The notes: generated by a model not told the origin, from the sequence alone. DNA of 64,000 nucleotides from Octopus sinensis (GCF_006345805.1 NC_043005.1:2046001-2110000), one strand, 5' to 3'. Counted from the stretch's first letter, positions 47,023 through 62,855 are shown. Program-made: numbers and translations.

Positions 47023-48299
47023 AATCTATGAATATGTATACGAAGATACATACACATATACACACATATACACACGCACACAAACACATGTATATATGTA
47101 TGTGTATGTGTATATATATATATATATATACGTCTGTGTGAGTAAAAGTGTACGTACACGGCTATATGTATATATAAATCCCAAACAATGGAACAAGGAC
47201 GCAACAGACAATAAAACATCCAGACAGATGATGGACAGGAAAAACAACCAAAACACAGACAGGATAAAAAAAAGGACGTGTCATTCGTGGCCGTCTCTCC
47301 TCAGTCAAGTTTTCAGATTATCCATGCAGTTTCGACCGGTTACACTTGAGTCTGTTCAAATATGGCTAGCCTCAAAAATCTAAGCTGAGAGCATTAAATA
47401 TTATGGGAGAAAGCAAGCGAATGTGTTCGACAGCAAAGATAAAAAAAATAAACGCAAAAAAAAAAAAGAACTGAAAAAAAAAACGGCGGAGAAAATGTTA
47501 CTGAATTATAAATACATACAACAAGAAAATAGCAACAGGCGTCTTTGGAACGTTTGAGACGAATGAAGTTGAGTTGGTGTGTGTGGAGTGAAAGCTTTGA
47601 GGCAAGAACAAAGATGAACACCAAAGATGAAAGTCAGGAGAGAAGAATAAGAGATGCTTTTTGTCTGGCAGTCCAGCCAACAAAGGAAGATGATGTTTGG
47701 CCGAACACCTGTCACGTGAAAGGAAAGGAGAGAGGTAGGGGCAGAGGGATTGACAATTGGGTGGGGTGGGGGACGAGAAAGAGAGAAAAAGTCAAAGGGA
47801 CCTAGAGAAAGTAAAAGGGAGATAAACGATGAAAAATGGGTTGGTTAAAGAAGGAGAAGGACAAGAAATGTGAGAGAGGGGGAACGAGAAAAAGAAAGGA
47901 GGTAAGAAGAAGAAAGTAGGAAGAAAGAAGAAAGGCCTTGTGAGACTAATCCCCTTGTATAGAACTCAATTGACATCTGCTTCATTGTGAAGCATTGGTC
48001 GAGTACAAAGCAGTAATAAGAAAATAAGAGGATACACGAATAAACGATTATCTTAGGAGCATCATTAGCTTACAGCTTCGCATTCAAGGCTGTGATGAAG
48101 TTGTAAGATCTTACGCAGGCACTCAACTATGAGGCTACTGCATCTTATAGCGGAAACAGCGGTAATCTAATGAAGTTCATAAGATAATCGTTTGTTATTT
48201 ACTCATCCTTTATGTAATCTCTCATTTCGTTCTTTACTCGACTGGCGCTTTTCTCTGAACCATAATTATCTTGAACTCTTGTACCACGTTAGAAGTAGA

Positions 48300-49830
48300 A
48301 GGAAGCTGCTAGATATGACTAGAAAATCAGATTCTGTTGTCAGTAGCATAGATACTAAAAGGTATAGGAGACACTAACTTATTGATCTATGCAGGAAGGG
48401 GTACTAGTTACCACAAGATTAGATATTCCACGGGGAAAGATTAGAAAAGAGCAAATGTTGAAAAGGAGACTCCAAAATATAGTGAAGACTTTAAGGCAAG
48501 ATCTGAGAAGAATAGAAGCCTGGAAACTGAATAATTTAGGCAACACAAGATTTAAATCTCTTGAGCAAAGATATTTAGTCAAAGAGAAATGATTTGGGGC
48601 AATCATAGAAGAGATGAAACAGCGTATCATAGCAGTGGCAGGCAAGCTCTCCAGATATCAGAATAGAATATATCAGTATCACCAGAATAGATTATTTGAG
48701 ACAGACCAGAGGAGATTTTATATCCAAATGCTGGAGGATGAAGTACTGAAGATGAAAAAACCTAAAGCAGAAGAAGCTAGAAAGTTCTGCAGTAATATTT
48801 GGGATAAGTCAATCAATCATAATGGAGATGCAGTATTGTTACAGAAAGTGAGGGAAGAAGTAGCGAGTGAGAGGCAGCCAGATCGGAGATTAACTAGAGC
48901 AGTATTAATGAGTAAAGTGTTAGGGAAAATGCCGAATTAGAAGGGTACTGGTTAAAGAAATTTACATGGGAGGATGTGGGAACAAATTCAAGATTGCCTC
49001 AACGGCGGAATATTACCAGATTGGATGATTAGAGGGAGAACAGACCACCTTATAAAAAACAAAAGTAAGGGTAATGCAGCTAGCGATTATAGACAAATCA
49101 CTTGCTTACCATTAATGTGGAAGCTGTTAACATGAATGCTTTCATAATGCGTTTATGAGCACCTTGACAACCAGAATTTACTACCAGACGAACAGAAAGG
49201 TGGCAGGAAGAAGGCTAGAGGAACGCATGATCTATTATACATGGACAAAGCAGTTCTAAATGAAGTAAAAGCTAGAAAGAAAAATCTAACAATAGCAGGG
49301 ATAGATTAAAGGGAAGCCTATGACGTGATCCCACACTCATGGATAAGTGAAAGTTTGAGTATATTCAGTATAGCAGACAACATAAGAGAATTAATTAGCT
49401 TTAGCACGAAGAAATGGGAAGCAGGTGTCTACTCAGGTGACACACTCTTAGGGAAAGTTAGTATCAAAAGTTGTCCCTTTTAATATTTACCCTATGTTTG
49501 ATCCCGCTCAGTTTAGTGTTAAGGAAGGCAAAGGCTGGGTATCAGTTCAGAAGTAGTAAGGGAAAAATTAACCATTTGCTCTACATGGCTGGCTTGAAGC
49601 TCTTTAGTAAGAATGAAAAAGATAGATTACAGACTGTAAGACACTTCAGCAGAGATATAGACATGGAATTTGGCAGAGATAAGTGTGCAATATTAGTCAG
49701 GAAGAAGGGACAGATAGTCAGCAAATCATTGAAAGGAGATGAGAGTTATAAGTATCTTAGAATATTAGAATCTAACAGATTACTTACTATCGAAGTGAAA
49801 ACGAAAATTGAGAAGGGGTCCGTATGAAGC
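48300..49830 (+). mobile_element. Degenerate R4/Dong-like LINE (pre-RT + RT)
   Basis: KLSRYQNRIYQYHQNRLFETDQRRFY; YRQITCLPLMWKLL; EQKGGRKKARGTHDLL; AYDVIPHSWI; KINHLLYMAGLKLF. Many stops. Confidence 0.8.
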
Positions 49831-50597
49831 TTTTGCAGACTGGACAAACAATCTTCATTAGCAAAGGTAGACAGAACTAGTCGAGCAGCGAAGGTCGTGG
49901 AATCACTAAATATGCTCTTGCCGTGGATTTTTAAATGTTTTTGAATGTTTTAGAATGTTCCTAATGCTGTGGTTCGTCTATTCATCGGAAGAAGATGGTC
50001 CTTTATTATATAATGTACCTATTAATTAATTAAAAAGTTCGTTGGTGTAATGAATTGACCTCCTTCCATCTTTTGATATTTTTCTCTCTATGATTCACCT
50101 CTCTCGAAACCTGCTCCGCACGTGCCCTGGAGTATATTATGGATAGTGTATTTAATACAATGTGCATTTCTAGATTAGCCCAAGGACTAGTAATATACTC
50201 AGTAGGGTTCAGTTACTTGTATACACAACCTAAATATCTTTCTGCCTGTACTTTGGTACCAACGTTTATATTCGTCCATATTCGGTGTGCATGCGTTTTA
50301 AATTCGACCCGACCATTTAAATGCCGGATCCACCTGAGTCCTTATACACACACACACACGCACACACACACACAAATATATATATATATATTTACCTGAA
50401 TGTGTGTGTATGTATATATATTACTAGCAGAGATACCCGGCGTAGCCCGGTTACATTCAATTGAAGAATTAGACTTTTCTGTTGTATATATATGGATACA
50501 CACACACACACATATATGTATATTAATATGAATACATGAAAGTACATGAAGTTTGTTAAAAAAAGGGGATCATGTATATACCTCCTGGCTGTTGAGA

Positions 50598-53510
50598 TTA
50601 TAACACCTCGTTGTAAACAATGTTCCTTGTTTTTCCTTGTGTAGCATATACAAAAAGGTTTCTTTTGGTTCCTACTCTTGAGCAGCCAACATACAGTTGC
50701 CCATGCGAGAAGCAGGGCTCTTCCAAGAGAAGACCAGCTACAGAGAGGGTTTGACCCTGAGATTTGTTAATGGACATGGCAAAGCTGACACGAAAGGGGA
50801 ATTGCAGTCTTCTGAATGTAAATGGAATTTCTGCTCCTGATTGAGTAAGAGGAATTCTTGGAATAAAGACGTCATCACCTTTTCCACACCCAGAAAGAAT
50901 GATCGCTTCGATAACGTGTGACATCATTTTCTTTATCACCAGTCGTGTTCCATTGCATAGTCTTGGTGGTTCCAGATTGCGGAGTAGCATTACAGGAGTT
51001 CCAACTTTAAGTGCTAATATGTGTGGAGGTAGTCGAGGAGGGCTCCAGTAAATTGAGAAATTCAGGAGGATAGTTCACAACTTCATTTATATCTGGAATT
51101 GTATCAACAGACTTGTAAGTGTGTATAGTGCCGGGAAGAGAATGCATTAGCTGTTGATTAATTTTGTTAACAGCGACGTTTTTTGGAGCTAATATTACTC
51201 TTTCACACAGCCATTTGTGATTTTGGTAGTTTTGTGTGAAGTTGGGAAAGACTTTGTTTTTGAGGTCATCTACAGAATTAACAACAGAGGAAAATGACCA
51301 CACTTCCATTTGTCCTGCAGCATCGAGAGGCATCTTGCCTTCACCAAGTGTCAAAATGTCCTGTGCAAACTTTGTGGACATTTTGTCGCCGTGTAGCTGA
51401 GCTCTCATGTTAGTGGTGAGACTGAAGCTTGTAACATGATGCCACAGGGTAGAGGACTTTAGGCATGCTTGGACTTCATCTGCTCTATTGCCTTTCGGAA
51501 TGACAGGAAGAGTTTGCCTGAAATCACCTGACAACAGAAGCGTTACACCTCCCATTGGAGCCTGACAGTCTCGGATGTCTTTCAGGGCTCTATCTAATGC
51601 TTCCAAAGCTCCCTTGTGAGCCATAGTGCACTCATCCCAGACAATTAGATGACACATTGTAAGTACTTGTCCCTGATCTGAGCTTTTGTTGATGTTGCAT
51701 GAAGGCTTTTCGGATGCTGCTAAATTGAAAGGGAGTTTAAAAGTTGAGTGTGCTGTCCTGCCACCAGGTAACAAAGTAGCTGCAATGCCAGAGGTGGCTA
51801 CAGCTACTGCAATGTCCTGATGCTGCCTAACTTCTGCAAGGAGAAGCTTTGTAATAAATGTTTTTCCTGTCCCTCCAGGAGCATCGAGGAAGAAGATTCG
51901 TCCCTCGCGTTGGCGTACACTGTTAAGAATAGTTCTGTAGGCCTGCAGCTGGTCCGGAAGTAATTTAGGCTCATTTTCAACAATGTACTTTGAAAGCGCT
52001 TGAGTGTCGTAGGTTGTTTTACGAATGACAGCAGTAGGAAGGCTATTTGACCCTGACCTGAATGGTTGTGGCAGGCCATACGTCGACAATTCATTTCCAC
52101 CCAGTTTAGCAATTCTGTCTTCAATGTCAATGAGTGTTTTGTTATAGATTTCATTGCTGATACCCTCCATGTCAGAATAGAGCAGTTGAGCTTCGCGCTG
52201 AAAGTCTTCAGCCAGGTTGTCTCTATATTTGAGCCATAGAGTGGCCGGATCACACAGTTCGCATGCCTGTAGTAATACTGCAAATAGTGCCCTGAGACTT
52301 TTGGGTGATTGTGATAAAGCAGCCTCTGCTAAAGTTGCATCCCATTGTGCACCATCTTCTAACAGACGTTGTTGATAGCAGGCTTCTCTGTATGTTGTGC
52401 ATACATGTCCATGAACGGTTTTTAGGGCCTGGAAAGACGTGGCCCTCCGACCTTATGCAGAAGTAGACGAAGGTAGAAGCACTCTTGTTGAGTGGGATGC
52501 ACTGTGTATACTCGCCCAAGGCAAGTGTGAAACTTAATGCCAGGGTATCCATGAACATTTTGACCTGCTTTCCGTGGGGCCCATTTTTTTCCATTCCAAG
52601 TGTAGTACGATGGAATCTGTGGATACAGTAAGGTTTGAGCAAATGGATCCACTTGACAATGCTTGAAGAATGCAAGGAGAGTGTGCTATCCCTTGGTTCC
52701 TCTGCCAACAGAGAAGCATTAGCATCGGTGAAGTACACTCTTTGACCATTTTCCAGGTGCACTGCAAACTGTTGAATGGCGGAGTGTCGTTGGTGAATTG
52801 GAAAGCCAAAGATGCGCCAGAAAGCCTCTTATATACTACTTATATACCGTCCCACCTATTAATGCGTCACCTCATCCTGGCAGTATTCTTGTTGAAGTCC
52901 AAACATTGCAGCGTCAGAACCCTTGTTTACATATTTGCAAACGTACTTGATGGATTTAACGGAGTTGCAAAACTCAACGTTGATGTGGGCATTGAAAGTC
53001 TTTGACAGGAGTGGGCAGTATGGAACAATCCATCTATTATCAATATCGTGCTGTCCAATAGTTGCTGTGAAACCTCCGTCTTCTGGCTTTCTGCGTCTGT
53101 ATGATGGATATCCATCTGCACCTTTCTGAGTTTCTAGTAGGAACCTCGTTGGAAATCTCTTTGAACATATGCTGACCTTCAAGCATAGTGTGTTTATGTT
53201 GAATCCACGCCCACATGGACCATGTTCCATGTTTGCTTTAACTATTTCGTATAGTTCTTTGTCTAAAGCTGGATCAGGAAGCTCTGCAGAGATTATCCTA
53301 TCGATGTCATTGGAATTAATCTTCGCTGAGAGCCAAAGCAGGATACGAGCATGTGGAAGACCCCCTTTTGCCACTCGATTGTGTACATGTCACATTGTAT
53401 GGGCCCAAAGACTTGCCCTTTTTGTATGAGCTCCATGAGAGAGATTAACTTCAGATGGAAAACTCGGGCGTTGAGATTCCGGTTCGAATGTAAGGCAGGT
53501 TTGAAAGTGT
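50598..53510 (-). pseudogene. Helitron RepHel (HUH Rep motifs 2/3 + Pif1 helicase), frameshifted
   Basis: YTIEWQK/GLPHARILLW, DNRWIVPYCPLL..HINVEFCNSVKSIKYVCKYVNKG, FFLDAPGGTGKTF, IVWDECTM, LSGDFRQTLPV, RLQFPFRVSFAMSINKSQGQTL, FSHGQLYVGCSRV. Confidence 0.95.
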
Positions 53511-53568
53511 TCCCAACAGTTATTAGTTGTAATGGTAGAGTGTTTATGCCGAATATGTACGTATGCAA

Positions 53569-53609
<41 letters not shown>

Positions 53610-53639
53610 CCTGTATATATGTACAAAATCCAATGAGAA

Positions 53640-53760
53640 GGCTTTTGTTGGTCTGCGGCTACAGCAGAAGACACATGCCAAGTCACCACACAGTGGGACT
53701 GAACCCAGGACCATGTGTTTGGAACGTAGTTTGTTACCACACAGTCACACCTGCCCCTAA
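53640..53760 (-). mobile_element. SINE family B head fragment
   Basis: Reverse complement gggcaggtgtgactgtgtggtaacaaactacgttccaaacacatggtcctgggttcagtcccactgtgtgg matches 6348-6440. Confidence 0.7.
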
Positions 53761-54826
53761 GTATGTGTGTGTGTACGTATGTGTGTATGGGTAGATATAT
53801 TATGCATGTATATATGTATATACATATGTGTACATATTACATGTATATCTATATATATACATCTACACATAAAATACAAAATACAAAGTTATATCTTGAT
53901 GTCGCTAGCGATAACAATACTCAAAATATATAACAGACTGGAATTGTAGACTCGTCTCTTGCAATTTCGATCAATTGGATCTTGTCCTCCCTCTTGTATA
54001 GAAGTTTTTGGACTTTCTTCTATCGAAGTCATTTTAACAAAAATGCTTCCGTAAAGACGGTGAAAATATTGTCAATTTTCCCAAACAGGGACACAATTCA
54101 ATTTTTAAACAATAACCAAAGCTCCTTCTCCGAAAGGGGGAGGGTTACGGTTTACAATTATTTAACAAATGCAACACAACAACGTTTCCCTGACGAGGAA
54201 CCAACAAACGTGATTACAATAGTCAAACAGTAATAATAATAACAAACCTTTTTAATCTATCCCCATTTATGTGAAACCACTTATTCAAATTCAAGTCATT
54301 GATGCAATTTTATACGAATTGCTAATACACACACACATAATAAGGGTGAAAAATTGAATATTAATTTGACTAATATGAATTGAAAACCAGTGGTGTAGCA
54401 TATAAGACCATAGCGGATCTTCTTCTAGCAAAATGGATGACCATTGTTAATGGTTCATCCCTGTTATATAATACTTTCACTTTAATAGTTTCAGTTTTAA
54501 AGTGAATGTCTGCATTACAATAGAGAGATGTTTTTGTTTCACTTTTAACACGTAATACTGAAATAGTGGGGAAGATATGATATTGCTGTGGGGTCGCCCT
54601 AGGGAAGAAATTAAGATTTTTTGCCGATGACACTCCCCGGACCTTAAGTAAGGCATGTGTAAAATATGAATGAAATTGGTTGTGTAGTTTTCAAGTTTTA
54701 GGGAAACACACAGACAGACAGACAAACACACATTCTCAGTTTTATATGTATAAATATATAACTAAGCTTGGAAATGGATGCGTGGCGTTCATTCAAATAA
54801 TAATAATGATAATAATAATAATAATA

Positions 54827-54895
<69 letters not shown>

Positions 54896-55495
54896 TATAC
54901 ACACATATACATATACGTATGAATATATGGGTACATGATGTTATCAACAGCAAACAACATGAAATACGAAAACAAATGAGTTCAATATGCAAACAACGAG
55001 AGAAACAAATGGAAAAGAGGAGAAGCATCATAAAAACGACTCTTCATCAGTTGTCGGCTGTCTCCTCATTTGGAGCACTGAACGAAATATGAATTTTCGA
55101 AGACAGTTGCTTCCATAATGAAATTTGGGACTTATGGAGAGTCAAAGTTGGGAACAAAAACAGGACAGTGGAGACATACAAGGAAACCGAACGAAAACAA
55201 ACATGAAGGGTCGTTAGACCAGAACGAGAGTAAAACAGCGAACCCTGGAGAAATATTTTCTTTGACAAGAGAAAAGATAGAATAGAGAGATAGGATACGT
55301 CCAGTCCTTAGGACAGCCCTGAAAGAAAAGAAAGATGATCACGTGAGGAAAAGAAAGATGGACGATGAACACGTGTGAGCAACGAGAGAGAGAGAAAAGG
55401 AGAAAGAGGGGGAGAGTTACAGATAGAAAACGGTGCAGGGGAGAAAAAAGGGAATTAGAGAAAGGATGAGAGAGAAAACTATGGGGTATAAAACA

Positions 55496-55537
<42 letters not shown>

Positions 55538-56279
55538 CAACTCGGAGGGAGAAATTACATTTGGAATGTTGTTATTAAATTATTCCACATAAAAGTTAGT
55601 ACAAGATTTCAAATTACCACGGAACATATTTTTTTTTTAGATCTTCTGATTTAAATGAGTTTATATATCCCAATCATGTTTTACTCGATACACAGAAGTG
55701 CTAATTTTTATTACGTTTGAATTGTTATGAAATACTCTAAAAATGAACAGTCCGATTCTCAAAGCATAATCCCTCTGCATTTTAGATACATTAACATATT
55801 TCAACATGGATATATTATATAGAGATTAACATATTTAAACGTAGATCAAATTAAAAGTAATGTTCTACATTTCCCGCTATTTGAATCTGTGCAATAACTG
55901 AATATACTATTCAATGCGGAGCTTTAATAATGCCAGTGTACCATTATATCTTGTCTCTATATATTGCGTGAAATATATCTGTGCCCCGGGATCATAACAG
56001 AGAATGATAAAACGTTTTAAGTAAATATGATTTGATATCAATATCTAAAAAAATAAAAGGGGAACTATGAAAGAATACGATTTTCTCTTATGGGATTTGA
56101 AACCACGTATTAACTTTTTAAAGATGTGAGTTTGAAATGAGAAAATTTAATAAGCAATACAAATTCCACGTCCATTATTCTTGGTCCAACATCTTTAGAG
56201 GACCGTCTATGAAACGTACTGTGAAACCGAACAGGAAAAAAACGCAGCTTAGAATATGATGGAAACTGGAACAGTACCT

Positions 56280-56520
56280 GTTTCTTTACTACCCACAAGG
56301 GGCTAAACATAGAGTGAACAAACAAGGACAGACAAACGGATTAAGTCGATTACGTCGATTAAGTCGAACCCAGTGCGTAACTGGTACTTAATTTATCGAC
56401 TTCGGAAGGATGAAAGGCAAAGTCGACCTCGGCGGAATTTGAACTCACAACGTAACGGCAGACGAAATACCGATAAACATTTCGCCCGGCGTGCTAACGT
56501 TTCTGCCAGCTCGCCGCCTT
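56280..56520 (-). mobile_element. Full-length SINE family A with 16-bp target-site duplication
   Basis: aactggaacagtacct at both 56264-56279 and 56521-56536. Head aaggcggcgagctggcagaaacgttagcacgccgggcg; tail ...gtttagccccttgtgggtagtaaagaaac. Confidence 0.9.
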
Positions 56521-57199
56521 AACTGGAACAGTACCTTGAAAGAGGATGCAGTCCAACTTTCTTTGAGTTGAGGACCGTCTGTACTATCATTTTCTTTGTC
56601 TGCTCTCCAGCCCATCAATCCTCTGTGACTTTGACATCACTACCAGGACAACAAGATAAAAAACAGATTTCACCAATTGCAACATGACCCAAAAGCCACA
56701 CGTAGAGTTGACCCAGGCGTCATACAAGTTAGTGATCTCCATAGAAAATACCATACAATCTATGGAGAAAAGGATACAAAAAGACCGGGACAATCTCCTG
56801 GTGTTTGTGCTTGTATCAGTTTTCAGGATTTGCACGTACATTGTCAGTAAAAGGTCCTTTAAACTAAAATAGTATCCAACAATTAATGGGGCAGGAGCAT
56901 CGTCGTAAAGGGTCGGGTTGCACAAAAAAGAACAGAACGACAGAGAGAGAAAGAGAGAGAGAGGGGGGATACAGAAAGAGGAATAGTGATAGTGGGGGTG
57001 GGGAGGAGGAGAACGAATTGAAAGATTAGTGTAAGAATTTCACCACCCCCATCGCCACCCTTATCGCCACCCCGATCGCCACCGTCGTCAACATCGTCCT
57101 CATTGTCATCCCCGCAAACTACGCCGCCGCCATCTCAAGTGTCATCCTATGGCCCAGTGCAGTATTCTTTTATGGTTACAACAAAAACAACTTGTACCG

Positions 57200-57241
<42 letters not shown>

Positions 57242-57842
57242 ACAACAAAAACTAAGCAACCTCAACATTCATTATCAATATCAGGCTTGCAACGAAAAAC
57301 CACCACCACCACCACCGTCACTGACACTCCCCCCCCCTCCGACAACAATCAGTAGTAACAGCATTAATGCTCCAGGACTGTTACAACTGTGACTACCACT
57401 ACTAACCCAACCTGTACCACCACTGCTACTACAGCCGCCACTACAACAGTCTCCACCACCACCGCTACTACTACTAGCATCAGCACAGTTTCCCCACTGT
57501 CTCAGTCATCATTAGTAGCAACAACGAGCAACGCCTGTTAAGTGGAACCCTCCCCCCCGTCCATTGTCACCCCCCTCCGCCACTACTATCACTACCATCA
57601 CCCACGCATTCAACTTTCTCACTCTCACCACTCCCCCCTCCTAGCACCAAACATCAAAGCTAACCACAAGCCCCACCCCCAATACTCACTAACATCTTCA
57701 TGGCCACCAATAATCGCCCTCCTCCTCCTCCTCCTCCTCCTATCGCGCACTGGCCCCCAACGTTGCGCATCCCCACCTCCACCGACAGAAACCTCACTTC
57801 ATTGTGACACACACACACACACACACACACGTGTAAATGTGA

Positions 57843-57875
<33 letters not shown>

Positions 57876-58043
57876 AGCGTATATATATATACATACATAC
57901 ATACACACTCACATACACATACATATATACATGTGTGTGTGTGTGTTTCTGTATGTATGTATGTATATATATATATATATCATATGAATCTATCTATCTG
58001 TCTGTCTAAATATTTGTATGTATTTATGTATGTATGTACGTAC

Positions 58044-58086
<43 letters not shown>

Positions 58087-58205
58087 CATGCAAATACATG
58101 CAAATACATGTATATATTGCCGGAGACCCGTGCGCACACACACGCCAATGCATACACACAAACACGGATGTAACGATAGTTATAACAACAGCAACAACGA
58201 TGAGG

Positions 58206-58271
<66 letters not shown>

Positions 58272-59019
58272 GTGATGGTGAATTGCAGAACGGAGGCACA
58301 CACACACACACCCACACGCACACCCATACTAGCGCACATATGGTTGGTCAAACTGCATTACTCCACCCCCTCCTCTACACGAACACAAAATGTTTATTAC
58401 ACATCAATTTACGCACACGTCCAACAACACACACACACACACCTCTCCCCCCCACCGCCACAAACTTGCACAGACACACGTGAAAATGTCATTTGTTGCC
58501 CAAACATTCATATACCTGTGTTTATACGTTGATGTGTGTATGTGTACGCTTGTGTTTATATGTAGCTGCTTGTGCGTATGTATGTGTTTATATGAATGTG
58601 TGTAGGTGTGTTTAAGCGCGCGTGAGTGTTTGTGTGTAGGTGTGTGTAAGTGCAAGCGCACATGCTCTCCGGCGCGCACGCACGCACGCATGTGTGTGTG
58701 TGTGTGTTTGTGTGTGTTTGTGTGTGTTTGTGTGTGTGTGTGTGTGTGTGTTTAAATCATAACACGACCCACGCATGCGTACACATACACACATCACTCG
58801 CGAAGCATAAACATACATATATATACACAGAGTACATAGATAACAATTCTGGTAACAACGCACACATACATGGATATATACACACATGCATACATAAACA
58901 TTTAAATGGTGTGTGTTTATGTATCTATGTGCGAAAAAAGTGTGTTATTGAAGGCACGCACACGCAAACATATATATAAGTATGCATGTATATAGATATA
59001 CATACATACATGCATACAC

Positions 59020-59051
<32 letters not shown>

Positions 59052-59064
59052 GAACGTGTGTTTG

Positions 59065-59099
<35 letters not shown>

Positions 59100-59206
59100 A
59101 TATGTGTATGTGTGTGCGTATATATATATATATTCATGCATATTAGATAAATAATATGAATGTACGTATCAATGTATGTATAGATACATGCATACATATT
59201 TATATA

Positions 59207-59246
<40 letters not shown>

Positions 59247-60229
59247 CATATACATATACATACATATACATATATTTACATGCATATATACGCACACACT
59301 TATTGTCGTATATATGTGTGTATGTATGTTTCTATATATTTATGCATATGTTTTAGTGTGATTATGGGAGTGCTGTGTGTGCGTGTGTTTGTGTGTGCGT
59401 GTGTTTGTGTGTGCGTGTGTTTGTGTGTGCGTGTGTTTGTGTGTGCGTGTGTTTGTGTGTGCGTGTGTTTGTGTGTGCGTGTGTTTGTGTGTGCGTGTGT
59501 ACATCTAAACTGCTAACCACACACAGCAATCCACCACGAACACCGCCAACACACCTCAATGTCGACCAGCAAACACTACTGTTTACCTGCTTCTCATTAA
59601 TTTACCTGTTTATTAATTGTCACCAACTCACCTACGCATACCTATATATCCTCCAATACCTCACCAAACCTCGCTAAACAACACTATTCTACGTTAGATC
59701 ACATCAGGCTACGAATCATCACCACCACATCACACCGGTGCCCTTACATTATTGTCGCATCGCTTCACATACGCCGTTCCAAAATATCAACGACAGGGCC
59801 ATATTTGCACCAGATTTTCTTACAAGCACAATCACATTTATACATAGGATAATAATATACTATATAATATAATATATATATATATATATATATAAGATTT
59901 ATATATAAGATTTATATATATATAAGATCTCTCTCTATATATATATATACATACACACAGACAGATAGATAGAAAGATACGTACATACACGCAGACTCAC
60001 ACACACACACACATATACTCATACACATAAATATACATGTATATGCATAGATTAATACATACAGACACTGATATATACAAACGCATCCACGTGTTCACAA
60101 GCGAACACACTTTCACCATCACACACATCTAACTACGCGAGCGCGCACTCGCACACCACACACACACACACACACACAAGCATACACATATCTTGTCACA
60201 CATACACGAATACAGAAAGCGATACATTA

Positions 60230-60496
60230 CCACCCCAAACTGTCCCACAAAGCCACACACACACAACGCCTTGTGTCCCGTCGTCATCTCCCTCGGACCA
60301 CCCCGAGACTGTCGAACACGACCACAACAAACAGCCGCCTTTGATAACACGGATCGCTTCGCTACAGGTGAAGTGGGAACCAGCTGCCGTTCGCTCGGAC
60401 CAACTGGACAGGACGTACGGAACCTCAATTTCGGCTGCTGTTTTTCGCTTATACACACACACACGCCTATACACCCAGAGCCAGAAACAGGTAAGT
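60230..60496 (+). other. Candidate (first/non-coding) exon ending in a consensus splice donor
   Basis: CpG-rich unique island ending CAG|GTAAGT at 60490/60491. No recognisable protein. Confidence 0.3.
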
Positions 60497-60538
60497 TTCA
60501 CTTTCTCCATTCATATACGGGTCATTCTCTCTCTCTCT

Positions 60539-60578
<40 letters not shown>

Positions 60579-60676
60579 CTCTCTCTCTCTCTTTCTCTGT
60601 ATATATATTTATATATATATTTAGTTATATCTATCTATCTATCTATCTATCTATCCGTCAATCTATCTATCCGTCA

Positions 60677-60754
<78 letters not shown>

Positions 60755-61115
60755 ATATACATATATATACACACATACATACTAGCAAATACCCATATAC
60801 CTACATGTATATGACTAAATGAATCCATGTGCACAGATGCAACATATGTAGGTATATAGTTCTGTAACTGTGTGATTGGTTGCGCTTTCTTTCTACGGAG
60901 ATGTTGGGTTTTGATGTTCTAATTGCAGGTAACGATTGTTTGCAAGTTAGACATGGAGGGACAGCAGTTTCGGAAGGGGCGCTGGTCCTCATCGGATATT
61001 GGAAATATGTGAACAGAGCTTAAGTTTTTAGAGCGATCATTAAAATGAGATTAGTTGTAGATAAATGAAGCAGAAATGCGTTGAATGAGAGAGACAAATA
61101 TATAGAAAATATTTA

Positions 61116-61154
<39 letters not shown>

Positions 61155-61692
61155 GAATATATATATGCATGTATGAATATATATATATATATACACACAT
61201 ATATATATATAGGTAGATAGACGCATGTATCCATGCATCTATGTGACTCTCCTCCACAACCGTTTAACTAATGTTTGTTTACGTCCCTCTTACTTAATGG
61301 TTCCTCAAAAGACCGATAGATTACAAACCAAGCTTAAAATAAATGATGCCTATAAATATGTATGTCTATAAATTTTAGTAATATGATGAATGCATATACA
61401 CGTATACACACGCATCTGTATACACGCAATTATAACCTCTAGACGTCGTGAGTGTGTATACGTGTGCAGGCATTGTTGTGAAATTGTACCAGCTCAGAGT
61501 TTTCCTGTGTTAGAAAAGTTCGCAGAATATAAATATCATAAATCAATGCGATCTATCTATCTATCTATCATCTATCTATCTATAATATATCTTATATATA
61601 TATATATATATAACGATGCCAGCATGGAAAACAGACGGTAAATGATGATATATATATATATATATAAACACACACACACAATATATATACGT

Positions 61693-61740
<48 letters not shown>

Positions 61741-61859
61741 ATATAATATATATATTTGTTGTTATATATATATATATATATATTATATATAAATATATTA
61801 TATATATATATAGTTGTGGGTGTGTGGGTGTGTGTGTGTTGTGTGTGTGTGTATATTCT

Positions 61860-62720
<861 letters not shown>

Positions 62721-62820
62721 GAGTAATACGTATGTTATATACATACTATAATATATTATATATATATATATATGTTATATACATACATACATATATATAT
62801 ATATATAATATATATATATA

Positions 62821-62855
<35 letters not shown>

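Larger units (their letters stand above)
50424..54754 (-). mobile_element. Helitron with both termini, internally deleted
   Basis: Minus 3' end: ...ccgggctacgccggg-tatctctg-CTAG|t (GC-rich hairpin-like motif about 8 nt before CTAG). Minus 5' end: a|tttatacatataaaactgagaatgtgtgtttgtctgtc, resembling the typical invertebrate A|TCTATATATATAAAA start. RepHel on the same strand. Linking the two termini into one element is inference. Confidence 0.75.

Noticed and set aside
48039-48195. Short imperfect inverted repeat (~40-bp arms) with a decayed ctatgaggcta...tagc-ggaaac motif
   Set aside because: Too degenerate to classify as a MITE or a ribozyme.
60955-60995. Minus-strand CCGATGA-gga...tcc-GAAAC-tgct-GTC hammerhead-like word
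   Set aside because: U4C change in the core and no stem I pairing.
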